In this document: piece after piece, positions 24,342 to 36,825 of the stretch
How positions within the stretch are numbered: position 1 is the stretch's first letter
Layout: the number at the start of each line of letters is the position of its first letter
Program-made: the position numbers and the translations under genes
Assembly (NCBI GenBank): GCA_964270895.1
Contig: OZ185435.1
Direction: 5' to 3' (one strand)
DNA: 64,000 nucleotides
Origin: Podarcis filfolensis
Lineage: Eukaryota
Notes under the pieces: model-generated
Told to the model about the DNA's origin: nothing
What the model saw: the letters and a program-made list of their open reading frames with translations, nothing else
Database searches by the model: none

Positions 24342-27164
24342 TAAATGTATGCTTGAGCTATGCTGTTCTTTTCTTTTCGATGCTCCATGTTGTTTGGATG
24401 ATGCTATTTCCACCCACCCACCCAAAACAACACTACTACGTTATTCTTCAAATGTGCAGAAAGGATGTAAAGAAGGATAGAGGAAGAATGCAGGAGCTAA
24501 GAGAGCTTAGTGTATGTTTTTCAAATGGTTTGTGGCTCATCTGATGAGCTGGAGCTGAGCATGTGAGGAGAGAAGGGGTGTTTTGCCACTCACAAAATGA
24601 AAGTGAAGGTGGAGGCCAAAACTGATGCTGGCCAAACTGGATTTAACCTCGAGGAATCCATATGCACTTTGTGCCAGTGGTATATTTGATCACTTTTGAA
24701 AGGACCTGGCAACCCCAACAGAATTGTGACTGGTGTGGTGGTTAGTCAGGAGGGTCAGGAGCTGGAGGTCCTAAAAGGGATGGCAGTACAGTGTGAAAAG
24801 GATGAAAGAGTGCCAGAAGGTGTCAGAAGTGAATGCACATCCTTCTTTCTATCCACCTGTGTCAGAGGTGGGGAACCTTGCACTCTCCAGATGTTTTTGG
24901 ACTCCATCAGCTGCAGAAAGCATGACCAATGGTCAGGGAAAGTGGGAGGCGTTGTCCAACATCTGGTGGACCACAGGTTCCCCTCCACTGTACCACAGGC
25001 TAGTTCAGTGGATCTTGGTTCCTGTTCTGCAAATGAAACAGGGATTCATGTCTTAGGTTAACCTGGAGGGCTTCCCCCCTATAGTTCATAGAGCCAGAAG
25101 GACATTTAGTTACTTGCCAGGTTCTCAAGTTTTCTGAGCCAAAGATCTGGTATGTGTTCCCAATGCTTTTGCAAAGTTCCCCAGTTGCTGGAATTGTTCA
25201 CTGCAGTGTGTGTTAAAGGTTAAGCACTCCATGTAGCAGTACATGTCCTGTCTGCTATATAGAATCCCTCTCCCTACAGATGCCTTTCAGATGTGATGTA
25301 CAGACTACTAATTGTCTCAGCACTAAACTGTTATCTCACATTTCACTGCTGTTGCCTTGTTCATGCTACTGCGTAGCCTAGCAGAGATTTGCTGTGGCAG
25401 CAAAGCAGCAGCATCCCTTATCATATAGCAATACTATTTTCTGTGGCTTGCTTTTCCATTGGCTTTGGGGCATATCTATATATCTGTATATATAATATAA
25501 ATATATATTTCTTCCCTGTTGTGATTTGTACCATGAAAGCACAAATAGGTTTGTGCTACAGGGAGAAACAAGTCTTTGTATTTGTACTGCGCAGAGGTTG
25601 ACTTCCTTTGCACACTAACCTACCATCTTCGATCCTCTCACAACGCAGTCAGTCAGTTGAATGCCAAAGAGAACCCAAGGGGTATTCAGGGGCAGGGGGA
25701 GCTGACACAGTACATATCAGTTAAGCAGTGTTAACAGAGATGCAATTCAGAGTGCCACTGCAGAACAAAGGGGTGGGTATTCTTTGTAGGCATACCTCAC
25801 TACTCAGTGTACATTGAATAGGCTTGTGTTTTTGTTCATTCCAAAGCATCTGAGTAGTGGTGTGTTGCACTGCTGAGCTTTATGAGACTCTTTGAGCCCC
25901 ATGAGGTACATCCTTGGGGCGTTGTTTTTTTTTAAAAAGAAAATTCAGAGTATAATGATTTGAAATGGGCTCAAGTCAGGACATTATGACTTCGTAGTGC
26001 TTTTTTTTATGGTGGCCAATACTAGGATTTCTAGAAATGCTTTCATTTGCAGAGCTTCTGGAGTGACACAGCTGCTAAACAGATTTTGAGAATGAGTAGC
26101 GTTATGAAAACCACCTTGATGCTAAAAGAAAAATATTCCAATTCATAATTGACTGCTCATGTAGCATAAGTGCCTGCCTTAACAATTTTGTAAGTAGTTT
26201 AGAAACGTGTAATTATTCAAGTCTGAAGCCTTTGTGACTAGGCAGGATGGGAGTGGTGAGCATTTGGCAGTAGCCCATGCAATAGTCCCTCTTCTATAAC
26301 TTTATGTAAACACACAGGGTGGCAAGGAATTTACTGTTCTCTCTACAAACATTTGCCTTGGAGCTCTAGCTGCGGACTTAACTTTGGAGATGTTGCATGT
26401 GTGTTTAGTTTTATGTTGGTTAAGAAAACAATGCAGCCAGCAGCTATTTGTGCAGAGGAAAAATTAGAGGTCCTCTGCATTTTAACTGAAATATAGTCTC
26501 TGGTGCCGTTTCTGTGGAAGGCCTTACCTAGAAATGGAACTCCTTATTTGGAGGAAGACATGCCGTTAAATTGTTGCTACCTGTTTCATGCAAAGATTTG
26601 TATGATCCCCTGTATTCTCGTTGGGAGGGAGGAAATGCTCATGAAGAGTGCATCATAGTAAACATCTATCTCACCCTTCTTCCATGAAATAATAGCAAGC
26701 ATCTCTAAGCAGGGCTCTTGGAGTCAACCTATTGAAATACTGTAAGTCCATGGATTTCAGTGGGTCTGCTCTGAGTGTGAGTAGCATGAAATAGCACCCA
26801 GAATCTTTTTTCTCTTAAGGAGTGCTTGTATATCAAAAAGTCTTTTCTCTCCTATATAAAGATAATAGCTAGAGACTTGTAATTCATGTGAACTACCATT
26901 TGGTCTGCTCCAAGTAATTTTTTTTCCGGGGGGGGGGGTGTTTCTTGTATTTTGAAATATTCAGAAAAAAGACATTGCCTTCGTCATCCCAAGTTCTGCG
27001 ATGTGCTAATTTCCCCCTTTTGTTTTATCATAATGTAAATGTGAACTTCTTTCCTGTAAGAAAACAGTAAACATGTTTGTATGTGTACATATATAGTCAA
27101 CCACTAACTTATTCAACACTGTATCTTATGTTGTTGTTTTTTTAATGTCTTGCACAATTTAAAT

Positions 27165-27438
27165 CAGGGGTTCCCAGACTGTGATTTGTGGACCACCAGT
27201 AGTCTGCTAGCTTCATCTAGGTGGTCTGTGACATGTATGCAAAGAACACTTACAATTTGAATTCTAGGGGATTCAAATTGTAATACATTAAAATACAAGA
27301 AATAAAAGAAGCAATAGAAATGAAATTAAAAATCATACAGCATCTAGCGCAGCACATTGCAGTTGCTAGAACAGGCGGGGGGGATCATTTTAGTCACTCA
27401 GCAATTTTTGAGTGGGAAATAAAGTGTGGGAACCACTG
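27165..27438. mobile_element. hAT MITE
   Basis: Ends CAGGGGTTCCCAGAC / GTGTGGGAACCACTG; degenerate 8-bp TSD ATTTAAAT/ATTTAGGT. Confidence 0.75.
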
Positions 27439-28697
27439 ATTTAGGTTTTTCTAGTAAGTTGCTGCTTAAGGCAGAATGATTATACTGCTGTGTTTGTTTT
27501 GCTGCTAATATGTTATAATTTATATGGCCTCTTCTGTACCAACCCATCTGGTCAGATGGGAAAATAACCAGGGTTATAAATGCTTGTTTCATCAAGTAAA
27601 ATTCAGTATTTTTTTTCTGCTTTAATTTTTAATTGCTTTAGTTGGACGAAATCCAGATTTTATTGCCAAAACCTAGTATTTTGACATGCATTGGGTGTTT
27701 GAAAGGAAAAGAGATCCGTGATGTTCTTTAACCCTAACTTCTTTAAAAAAACAAAAACATGTTAAAATGCTATGGTCTAGGTTAGTCTCAGCTCTAATAA
27801 CCACCAACCTATAAATTAAGCACAAGTAGTAAGAAGCTATGCACCATAGATGTGTGCCAGCTGGGGGAAGCCAACCTCTCCCACTTTTTGTCTTGGAAAA
27901 GGCTTTGTAATGCCAAATTTTGAGTCTTTTGGATAAAGGCTGAAATAGGGTGACGCAGGTGCGAGCTTTTGCGTGACTTGGCACTTAATATGGTTTCCTC
28001 AGACTAAAGAATGGCATCTGATTACACCAGAAGCCAATGGAACAATAGCTTGCCTTAATGGCTTGCCTGTATCTTGCTAGTGTAGCATTGTTCTCAAGTT
28101 TTCACAGTGCCTTTTCTTCCTTTTTTTAATGCCACTTGCTGCTGCTGTCCTTACAGCACCCATTCCTCTCCTGTTCTCTCTATATCCAGTTTCCTTGCAA
28201 CCAGTAGCAGCTTGTGGATTGGTAATGTTGCCACAGATGCTGTGGTTGCTGTGACAAGGGACTGGTGTCCTCTTGTTCCACTGATGCACACCAGCCTGAC
28301 CTGCAATCTGCAGAAAATCCAAAGTGCCAAATAGAGAATAAGACCCAGCCTTTAGAAGTAATTTTATTTTGTATTAGTCTTACTTGAGACCAGAAATCTC
28401 TGGGCTGATTTGGGGGGGGGGACGGTACCCTGATGTGATTGTGCACTTGTGGGACAGCCTGTCATAGATCAATGTTAGCACTTGCTCACGAGTAACATGT
28501 TTTGTCTGAAGTCAGAGCAGCAACAAGATTAGTGAGGAAACAATTTTATTTTACATGGCGATTATCATTAAGGGAGCATTTTAGTAGTCATTGCTTGAAT
28601 AGTTCCATGTTTGATATTGTTATGCTTTGCTTCCCCCCCTTCCCCATGTTTTATTGGAAATGTGTTAAGTATTTATTTTGAAACAATATACCTCCCT

Positions 28698-28745
28698 AAT
28701 AAAATAATTCCTAAAAATGTGAACTGGGCTGTGTGTGTTTTAATT
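28698..28745 (+). terminator. PNPLA2: candidate PNPLA2 polyadenylation site
   Basis: AATAAA at 28698-28703, U-rich sequence upstream, and GU-rich TGTGTGTGTTTTAATTTGT about 25 nt downstream. Confidence 0.5.
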
Positions 28746-29406
28746 TGTACCTCCTGGGCTTGGCAGCTGTAATCACATGGTGCTTTCTATTGAAAGCTGA
28801 ACTTGTTTGATGCAGTCAGCTTGGGGGGAGAGGTGGAGAGAGATGCCTGGCCATCCAAAGATGGAAGGCAGACCCCGAGGTATCCTAAGCTTGGTGACAC
28901 CAAGGTGCCTCGTGTGACCCTACCCTGACATCCCATTCTCACAACTACTCCTTTGGAAGCCACCAATTATTCTCAGGAGCCCATTAGGAATTGGAGCCAT
29001 AGCTTGTTACTCACCCAGCCCAGCTAGACTCCTCATCAACCCTTTGCCTCAGTTTTCTACCCCCTGTCTGTCATGAAACCAGGTGATCCAGGAGAACCAC
29101 CATGTATTTTGCACTGAGATCCTTTGCTGATTTAACAGACATCCAGAAAACCTTTCATTCTGGCCTCTCGTTTAGAGCAGCTATCAACCAGTTGTGAATT
29201 CTGAAAGTGCAGGGACTTGTTGGTCCCATCTGACTCTCCTGTGTTTGTGTTGGCCAAGTTGATACTCGTGGGTTTGTTAGTGCTTCATCTGGGACAGATG
29301 CAAAATCTATGCACCCCTTATTTATTCCAGCCTCACCATTTTGTGCATATATCGGCCAGATATGCTTATTGTAGCTTAGTGGTACGGACACACATTTCAC
29401 TTATAT

Positions 29407-29552
29407 AGGTCCCAGATTCAATCCCTGACATCTCCAGGTAGGGCTGGAGATAGGTAGACCCCCATCTGAAACCTTGGACAGCCACTACCTTGCAGTACAG
29501 ACAACAGTCAGCTTAGATGGTCTGACTCGACATAAAAGACTTTCCTGTGCTG
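29407..29552 (+). mobile_element. 5'-truncated tRNA-derived SINE (Squam3-like)
   Basis: GGTCCCAGATTCAATCCCTGACATCTCCAGGTAGGGCTGG is shared with the copies at 2563 and 47835. Confidence 0.75.
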
Positions 29553-29628
29553 TTAACCAAAGCCACAACACCCAAGATTATGTAAAGGGGAAACGGGGGG
29601 GGGGGGGCTTAATAAAAGCACCGTAAAA

Positions 29629-29943
29629 GTACCTGAAGGAGCGTCTCCACCCCCATCATTCAGCCCAGACACTGAGGTCCAGCTCCGAGAGCATTCTGGC
29701 GGTTCCCTCACTACAAGAAGTGAGGTTACAGGGTACTAGGCAGAGGGCCTTTTTGGTAGTGGTGCCCGCCCTGTGGAACGCCCTCCCACCAGATGTCAAG
29801 GAAATAAACAACTATCTGACTTTTAGAAGACATCTGAAGGCAGCCCTGTTTAAGGAAGTCTTTAATGTTTTATCGTGCTTTTAATATTCTGTTGAGAGTG
29901 ACCCAGAGTGGCTGAGGAAACCCAGCCAGAAGAGTGCAGTATA

Positions 29944-29990
<47 letters not shown>
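29629..29990 (+). mobile_element. L2-type LINE 3' end with (AAT)n tail
   Basis: GGCAGAGGGCCTTT...CCCTGTGGAACGCCCTCCC...GAAGACATCTGAAGGCAGCCCTGTTT, followed by about 15 AAT units. Confidence 0.8.
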
Positions 29991-30109
29991 CAACCATGGA
30001 TGGTAGCATTAAAAAGTAACATGCTTCTATGATATCCTGACCTAGATACTAACAACAGTCAAAGAAATGTAAGCCAGATTCCCATGGATTCCCCAGATTC
30101 CCTTAAGCT

Positions 30110-30370
30110 AAGGAAATGATTCTCAAAGGAGGCAGTGACAGCCACCAACATGGACGGAATTTAGACAAATTCATGGGGGATATCAATGGCTATTAACCTT
30201 GATGGTTATGCTCTGTCTCTACAGAGGCAATAAGGCTTCTGAATATCAGCAGCAGGAGCGGAGAGCGCGCTTGTGTTCAGGTCCCGCATGCGAGTTTGTA
30301 TCAGGCGCCTGGTTGGCCACTGTGCGAACAGGATGCTGGACTAGATCGCCGTATGTTCAAAGAAAGAACA
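30110..30370 (+). mobile_element. CR1-type LINE 3' end
   Basis: GGCAGTGACAGCCACCAAC...TTAGACAAATTCATGG...ATCAATGGCTATTA...CCTGGTTGGCCACTGTG. Confidence 0.65.
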
Positions 30371-30399
30371 AAAAGTCCTCATGGATGGCGGCCAATCCA

Positions 30400-31800
30400 C
30401 GACAGGTTATGCCGCTGCACCATGCGTTAGTCTTCAGGTGCCGCAGGATCGCTGCTGCTGCTGCTGCTCTGGGAGCTGCCACGAATCTAGGAAGAAGCAA
30501 GCCATAGTAAGTCCCTTTTAACTTATCTGCCCCTTCACTGCTTCCGCATACCGTCCGCGTCACTTTCAGACGTGCGCCGGACAGGGAGGGCAGCAGCTCC
30601 TGGCGCGGCGAGCGGTTTCCAAGCGCTGCCTTTCCTCCGCCTGGAATCCCTCTGGATCTGTTCTGTTCGATCGAGCCAGGCATTTCGCCACCGGCGCGGC
30701 TATATCTGTGCCCGCCTCCCAACCTCCCCCCCGCTTCCACCTCGGCCTTGGAAAAAGCAATACATTGACGCGGACGGGGCTGCTGGTACGTCAAGGTTAA
30801 TTCGCGCGCTCGGCCAACGGCTTCGCTGCGAGCATTCCCCGCCCGCGGCCCTTGGAGCCTCCCCGCTTCACAATTAGCTGGTCCCGAGGAGGAGGAGGAG
30901 AGCGGGGACCCGCCTGCAAACTTTTCGCGCGGCCCTGCACGTGCGCGCCCCCCAAAAGTGGGGCCCGCCTTGCGCGATAGCGCCTCATCCCAGCCACGCG
31001 CTACTCAGAAGGAAGCGCCGTCCAAGTTCAGCGGGGCTTCCTCGCGGGTAGCCGCTTATAGGGCGGCAAGCCCGGCTTCGACGCCTCGAGGCAGGGCCCG
31101 GGGCAGCTGCTGCAGCAGCAGGAAGAGGTTTGGACGCGGCTCTAACTGGCCACGAGGCGAGCTTCCTTTCCCCTCAAGCAGCCCCAGGGAAGCTGGCCCT
31201 GCCCCGCCGCACCTGCTGCGAACACGCTGTGCGCCAGGGAGAGAGAAAAAGTTCAAGCAACGACCGAAGGGTTTCCCTTCTTTCTTTTCCTCCCTCCTCA
31301 TCTGGCGAGTCCGGCTTCTCCAGGCATTTCCGGGTTGGGGGGGGGGAAAGAAAAGCCTCTCTCTGTTATTTTTCTGTTTGCACATCGATCCCAACTCTTT
31401 GGACTGCTGGGCTTTTGTTTAAGATCAGCGAAGGAAAAGAAATTTCCCTCCCCCTTCTGCGTCTCTTCTCCGGTGCCTTCAGGATCAGGGGTATAAGGTA
31501 ACGCCGGGAGCGATCGGAAACTTTGGGTCCCTCCCCCTTTCTGAGAAGATATCTATTAGAGGGTCTTGGGGGCCGTTTCTCTCGACCTACGTCTCACACG
31601 CATATCCAGGTGAGTTTGTGCGGCACCTCACCTGGCTAACGCCGCGGCTTCCCCTCGGAAAGGAACCACTCTTCCCACCTGCAGCCCCATCTGTGGTCTG
31701 CCTTGACCTGCGGACAGGTAGCTGGGAGGCGACGCCCCCGAAAGGCTTGCCGATAATGGCCATTGGAAGGAATGCGTCGGTATTACTTGCGAAAGGATGT
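30400..31800 (+). promoter_or_regulatory. CRACR2B: CpG island; probable CRACR2B promoter and non-coding first exon(s)
   Basis: Abrupt rise in CpG and GC content; GC boxes; E2F-like TTTCGCGC at 30923-30930; E-box CACGTG at 30938-30943; plus-strand donors AAG|GTAACG (31498) and CAG|GTGAGT (31610). Assignment to CRACR2B is an inference. Confidence 0.8.
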
Positions 31801-32485
31801 GATTATTGAGCTGTAGAAAGCTTCCTTTTGAGGTATCCGGAGCCTTCAGTGCCTCGAATGCGTCCTAATCGGCTGACAGAAAATTCCACGAAAGCTTATG
31901 GTGCTGGGCCACCCACCTCACTTACTTACGTGGCTCCTCTCCCCGATGAGATTTCTAGAGAGTCAGCTGTTTTCATTCTCTTTTAGCAAACACGTTAAAG
32001 ATTCTTGTGGCATCTTAGGTGTGTTAATAAACGCTAACAAACTGATAATGAGGTTTTGTGAACACAGAGCCACTTCTTCAGTGCAATCTTAGACGATAAG
32101 ATGGTGACTTTATTTAGTTATTTTGTTTATAACCACATTTTAAAAACTAAAATGCGTAATGTGGTTCTTTAGCAAAGCACTCCTGAACCTGCTATCTGAA
32201 AAAATCCTCTGGGTTAGTTCTTGTGCAGTGACAGGAAGAATTTCATCAGGTGAAGCTGAAATGGATGCGGTTCAGTACTGAGAAAACTGCAGGTGTCAAA
32301 CTCTTGCATTGTTCTTCACTGCAGTTCTTGCCACTCAAGAGTTGCCTGAGACACTGAAGTTTGGCAGGTGGTGCTTTTCCTGGTGTGGAAAGAAACATGA
32401 TGGGAAATGTGTCGCCTGCTAAAGTTAAGCGTAAAGGCATATGAGCAAGACCACAAAGGTGTTTGTGTGTGTGTGTTTAAGATTA

Positions 32486-32718
32486 CAGCGGTACCTCGGG
32501 TTACATACACCTCAGGTTACAAACACTTCAGATTACAGACTCTGCTAACCTGGAAGTAGTACCTCGGGTTAATAACTTTGCCCCAGGATGAAAACAGAAA
32601 TCGTGTGGCAGCAGTGGCGGGAGGCCCCATTAGCTAAAGTGGTACCTCAGGTTAAGAACGGTTTCAGGTTAAGTACGGACCTCCGGAACGAATTAAGTTC
32701 GTAACCAGAGGTAGCACT
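32486..32718 (-). mobile_element. Tigger-type MITE (same family as 419-657, opposite orientation)
   Basis: TA|CAGCGGTACCTCGGG start; CCCCATTAGCTAAAGTGGTACCTCAGGTTAAGAACGG core. Confidence 0.85.
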
Positions 32719-34399
32719 AAGAGTATTGTCATGTGTGCTAGCATGTGTCCCCATAGTGTTGCTACATCTTCCTATAAGAGAATCTGCAACCCTTAGTGCA
32801 TTGCAGACAGAAATGTAACAGGTACAGTTTCCCCCATCACTGTAGTGTTTAATTTCTGCTGCTTATGTCACTGTTATGGGCACAGAACCTTAACAATGAC
32901 CCAGTTAATGACCTCTGATGCAACCACTCTTATCAGTAATAACTTATGACTCATTTCAATGAGGAATTAGAAATTCTTGTCTTGGCATCTTAAGCACCGT
33001 AGGAGTAATTATCAGTTGTCGTAACAGCTGTGGTGATTGATTGTGATTGGATATCTGACACAAGGTGCTCACAGGCTTCTCTGTTGCTCTCCTGTAGAGG
33101 TAGAAAAGTGGAGCCTTTCACAAATTCTGCTCTTCGAGTTGAGATTTGAACCAGGGCTCAAGGTGGTAAGTCCCACGTAACTTTTACACAGATCTGCTCT
33201 TAGTATTATATAGTTGCCTATGGGTAGGTTCAATTTTCTTGTAGGTGTGTTATTGCTGCAGCTGTAGAAACTCAACTGCTGCATGCTTGGTGTCTGGAAC
33301 AAGGGCAGTTTTAGGCCCTTAAGGAATGAGGGTAATTAGGAATTGGGATTGCAGATAGATGGAGCAGTCTATACGGACCAAAGGAGTAGCAGAATGAACA
33401 GCCACTTGGGGTATAGAAAGAAACTCCAAATTTCAATGAGCCATCTTTCTTCTCTCTGCTACCACATGGAATGGGGATTCTTAGCAATTGAAAAGAGGAC
33501 AATGTAATTTTGAGACCAAAGGATGGAAAAATCAGGGTATCAATTAAGACAGGTTCCTATTTGCGTAAGACCTATTATCAAGAACAGAAACTTTGTGCTG
33601 TTTAAATTGTCTTGTATAGCAGGAGACATTGTTTTGTTGGCACAGTATTTCCCTCTCCCCCCCCCCCCCCATTGCAAATTTTAAGCATTTTTGTAAGAAG
33701 TGTCCCATCAGGTTGAGTACTTGGGTGTGGAAGTTGAAGAATGGGATAGAGATAATAAATTATTGTTTCATTTATTTAGTGGCATTTGCTTCCTGGAAAG
33801 TGTGCCCTGGTTGCAGCTTTAACTGAACTGTAAATAACATGTAGGAACCAATCCAACTCAATCATACTTAAAAGCATTGACTTCAATGGGATAGAGCATG
33901 ATTAACTTTATCTTGAATTATGGTGGTGTTGATGTGGAGTTTGTTTTGCTGACATTCCATGGTTTGGTGAAAGCTCTTCAAGGCCATTGTCACAGGTGTG
34001 GATTGTTAGTTTACCTGCGAATCCCAGCTCCTTTAAAGTAAATTTATTTGAACTGATAAGCACTTCCAGAAGAAAACTTGGGAAGCATATGAGTGTAATG
34101 CTCACATGGAGTGGATGAGGCCTTGCACTTGCAATATTTTTTCTTTCTCTTATTCCTCTTCTATGTCCTTGCTCTGGATAACTGGCTGGATATGCTGAGA
34201 AGAATGTCAGCATCCTCACCTGTATGCAATAGTATTTCTGCTGTGAAGTTCATTGGCTCAAATAAGCCAAGACTGAGTGTTATGTACAAATACTATATCT
34301 CCTCCATAGGTTAAAAAATAGGAAAGAATGAATAATGTATATAGTGTGGCAAAGGGAAACAAAGCCTATTATTACTCAATTAGTTGTAAATTAACACAG

Positions 34400-34513
34400 T
34401 GTATCTGTGTATCTGTGTATCTGAAGAAGTGTGTATCTGAAGAAGTGTGCATGCACACGAAAGCTCATACCAAGAACTAACTTAGTTGGTCTTTAAGGTG
34501 CTACTGGAAGGAA
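34400..34513. mobile_element. Penelope-like element terminal fragment
   Basis: GTATCTGAAGAAGTGTGCATGCACACGAAAGCTCATACCAAG...CTTAGTTGGTCTTTAAGGTGCTAC, with a stuttered 5' edge. Recalled as a squamate Penelope end. Confidence 0.6.
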
Positions 34514-34699
34514 AAAAAATTTTTGTATTAACACAGTGGTCAGATGTGCTCCATTGTTAAGAAAATATATGCCAAAGTATCAGTTAAATAAAAGCTAACT
34601 TTTATCAGCCTTTTTCTTGATGATTTAAATCACTACAGCCTGGTTGGGCTTTAGATATTGTTAAGGGGGAGAGAGAGAAAATGGCTGAGCTGTCAGAGC

Positions 34700-35090
34700 A
34701 TTCAGGTATGAGCTTGACACACCCAACTGGATGACCAACTTCAAAGACCTGTAGTGAGTGTTTGACGCTGTTTTTTTCTGCCCCATTAAGCACTCCATAT
34801 CTTGTCATGGCATCAGTCCTGTGAGTTCTTGGTGACATTTTCATTCTGTGTGCTACACATTTTGACTGCCTGATCCTCTGCACCAAATATAAAGTCCGCC
34901 AATCACTGAGGTCACACAACCCCCAAATGACATCACTTGAACTTGTGTAATAACAGTTCTCAGTAGCTGCCACTCTGTTGCATCAATTCTTTGCAAGTGC
35001 GCCTGCTTCCATTGTGCACGTGGCACTCCTATACCCTCTTTCATTACGTTGCCCATTCCAGTGAAGTAAATGGGAAGATGTATTGACACT
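34700..35090 (-). mobile_element. possible ancient RTE-clade LINE remnant
   Basis: Translation LQRIDATEWQLLR resembles the RTE motif R.IDA.E.W..RR. Heavily degraded. Confidence 0.3.
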
Positions 35091-36771
35091 GGGAGTTGTG
35101 TTCATTGGAGCCCAAATGGCCCCTGGACTGGTGCTCATGTGTTTTTGATAGCAGTTGTCTTGGGTTACTGATATAATAAAGCTTGACTTTTTACTGTTAG
35201 ATCTGGGTTCTCCTGCTGCCCAGCCTGCCTAGCGTGATGAGTTTTCACTCTAGCCAGGTGTGGAGTGTTTGACAGCAGCTCTCCCTTCGTAACCCATTAT
35301 AGCGGTTCATTCCAAAGTGCCTGACATGACTCATGGGCGGTGGAGAACTGTGCAACAGAACGCTTTAATGGATGCTCTGGGGGAAGGGTGTGGCTATGTT
35401 GAGCTAGAAGAAGTGCAATGGTTTTGTTGGTTCTCTGCTAGATAGATTCATGGTTTAACTTGCTATAATGCAGCTTTGTATATGTGTCCCCATATTGCAG
35501 CTTTTGTTAGTGCTTGTTCCTTTTTAAAGGATAAAAGCCACTTCTCCATGACCATATTAAAGACTTCTTCTTACAGAAAACTGAGAATTTTTAGATTTGT
35601 GAGAGTGCTGAGAACGCGATTGGGGATCAGAGCCCTACATTCATATGCTTCCAAACGGAACATGGATATAGGGGGTAAATATTGTCTTTGAGGACTGTTT
35701 TGCAGACCCATCAGCTGACCAGTCAGGAAATTGAAGGGATTAATCCTGTATATCTATTATTTGAAGTTTAAAGGGAGCATCAAAGTGCAGATAATTTAAT
35801 TTCCTTCCAGAGACCCTTTTCATGTCACTGGATGATTCTCTGCCCCCATGTTACATTAATAAAATGGACAAAGGGTGAGAGCATATTCTTTTCAACATTA
35901 AATGGAAGCAAATGAGCTCCTTGATGAAGAGAAGAGAGAAACAAGCACTTGTTATTTTTCAAGGAAAACCGACCAAAATCCATTTGCCGAAGAGATTATA
36001 TTTGCATGTGTGGCCTGTTTTGAGTTCCTGAGATTCATATATTTGCATGCATCTCATTGAACTCATATTTCCTGCTTGGTTTTCTTTTTCTGTTCTACCC
36101 CCCCCCCCATGCTCCCCATGCTCTCAATAAAACCATTTCTTTTCAGCTGTACATGAGGGAGAGTAATGACATTGCAGCTTGGATTAACTTTGAATAGTGA
36201 CCTAAGAATCTTGAGTACAAGCCCCATGCCCAAGTATGCTTACAACACAGTTGCCCACCAGGACTTGATTCTCCCTACAGAGGAACATTCTGAGCAGGCT
36301 GCCACAAGAAGTCCAAAAGTATATGAGGCAGAAATTATAGGACTTGAGATATCAGAGTTGTTTCAGGAAATACTGCCTTGGGGCAGGAAGTTCAATTAAA
36401 GGACCACTAGGTATCCTACCAATTCCATGCTCTTGGAGACAACGAGGGTATGTGTGATGTTCGAAACCTAGGCCTAGCTCACACAAACAGTGGTGGTAAA
36501 ATGATTCCTAGACTGCATCCTAGACTCCTGGGGCTCTCATGCAATCCTTGGCATTTACACGTTAGTCCACCTCCTCAGACACTTAACTGTAAGAGAAATC
36601 TTCTTGCAGCAGCTAATAGTCTAGCTTTACAGCAGGTGCTACTGAAGGATGCAAATCTGGCCAGAACATGATGTCAAGTGGTGTGTTTTGCATATTGTAT
36701 ACCTCCCAATGGATAGTTTGGATTCATGCAAAACCAAGATAAAGCATTAATTCTATGATCCTTGGAAACAA

Positions 36772-36792
36772 GTGTTTGTGTGTGTGTGTATG

Positions 36793-36820
<28 letters not shown>
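36772..36820. repeat. (TG)n(TATG)n microsatellite
   Basis: Direct inspection. Confidence 0.9.

Positions 36821-36825
<5 letters not shown>

Noticed and set aside
30357-31501. 100-155-aa ORFs on both strands of the CpG island
   Set aside because: Long ORFs are expected in GC-rich DNA. The + strand ones lack ATG starts, show no recognisable homology, and do not join the CRACR2B CDS in phase.
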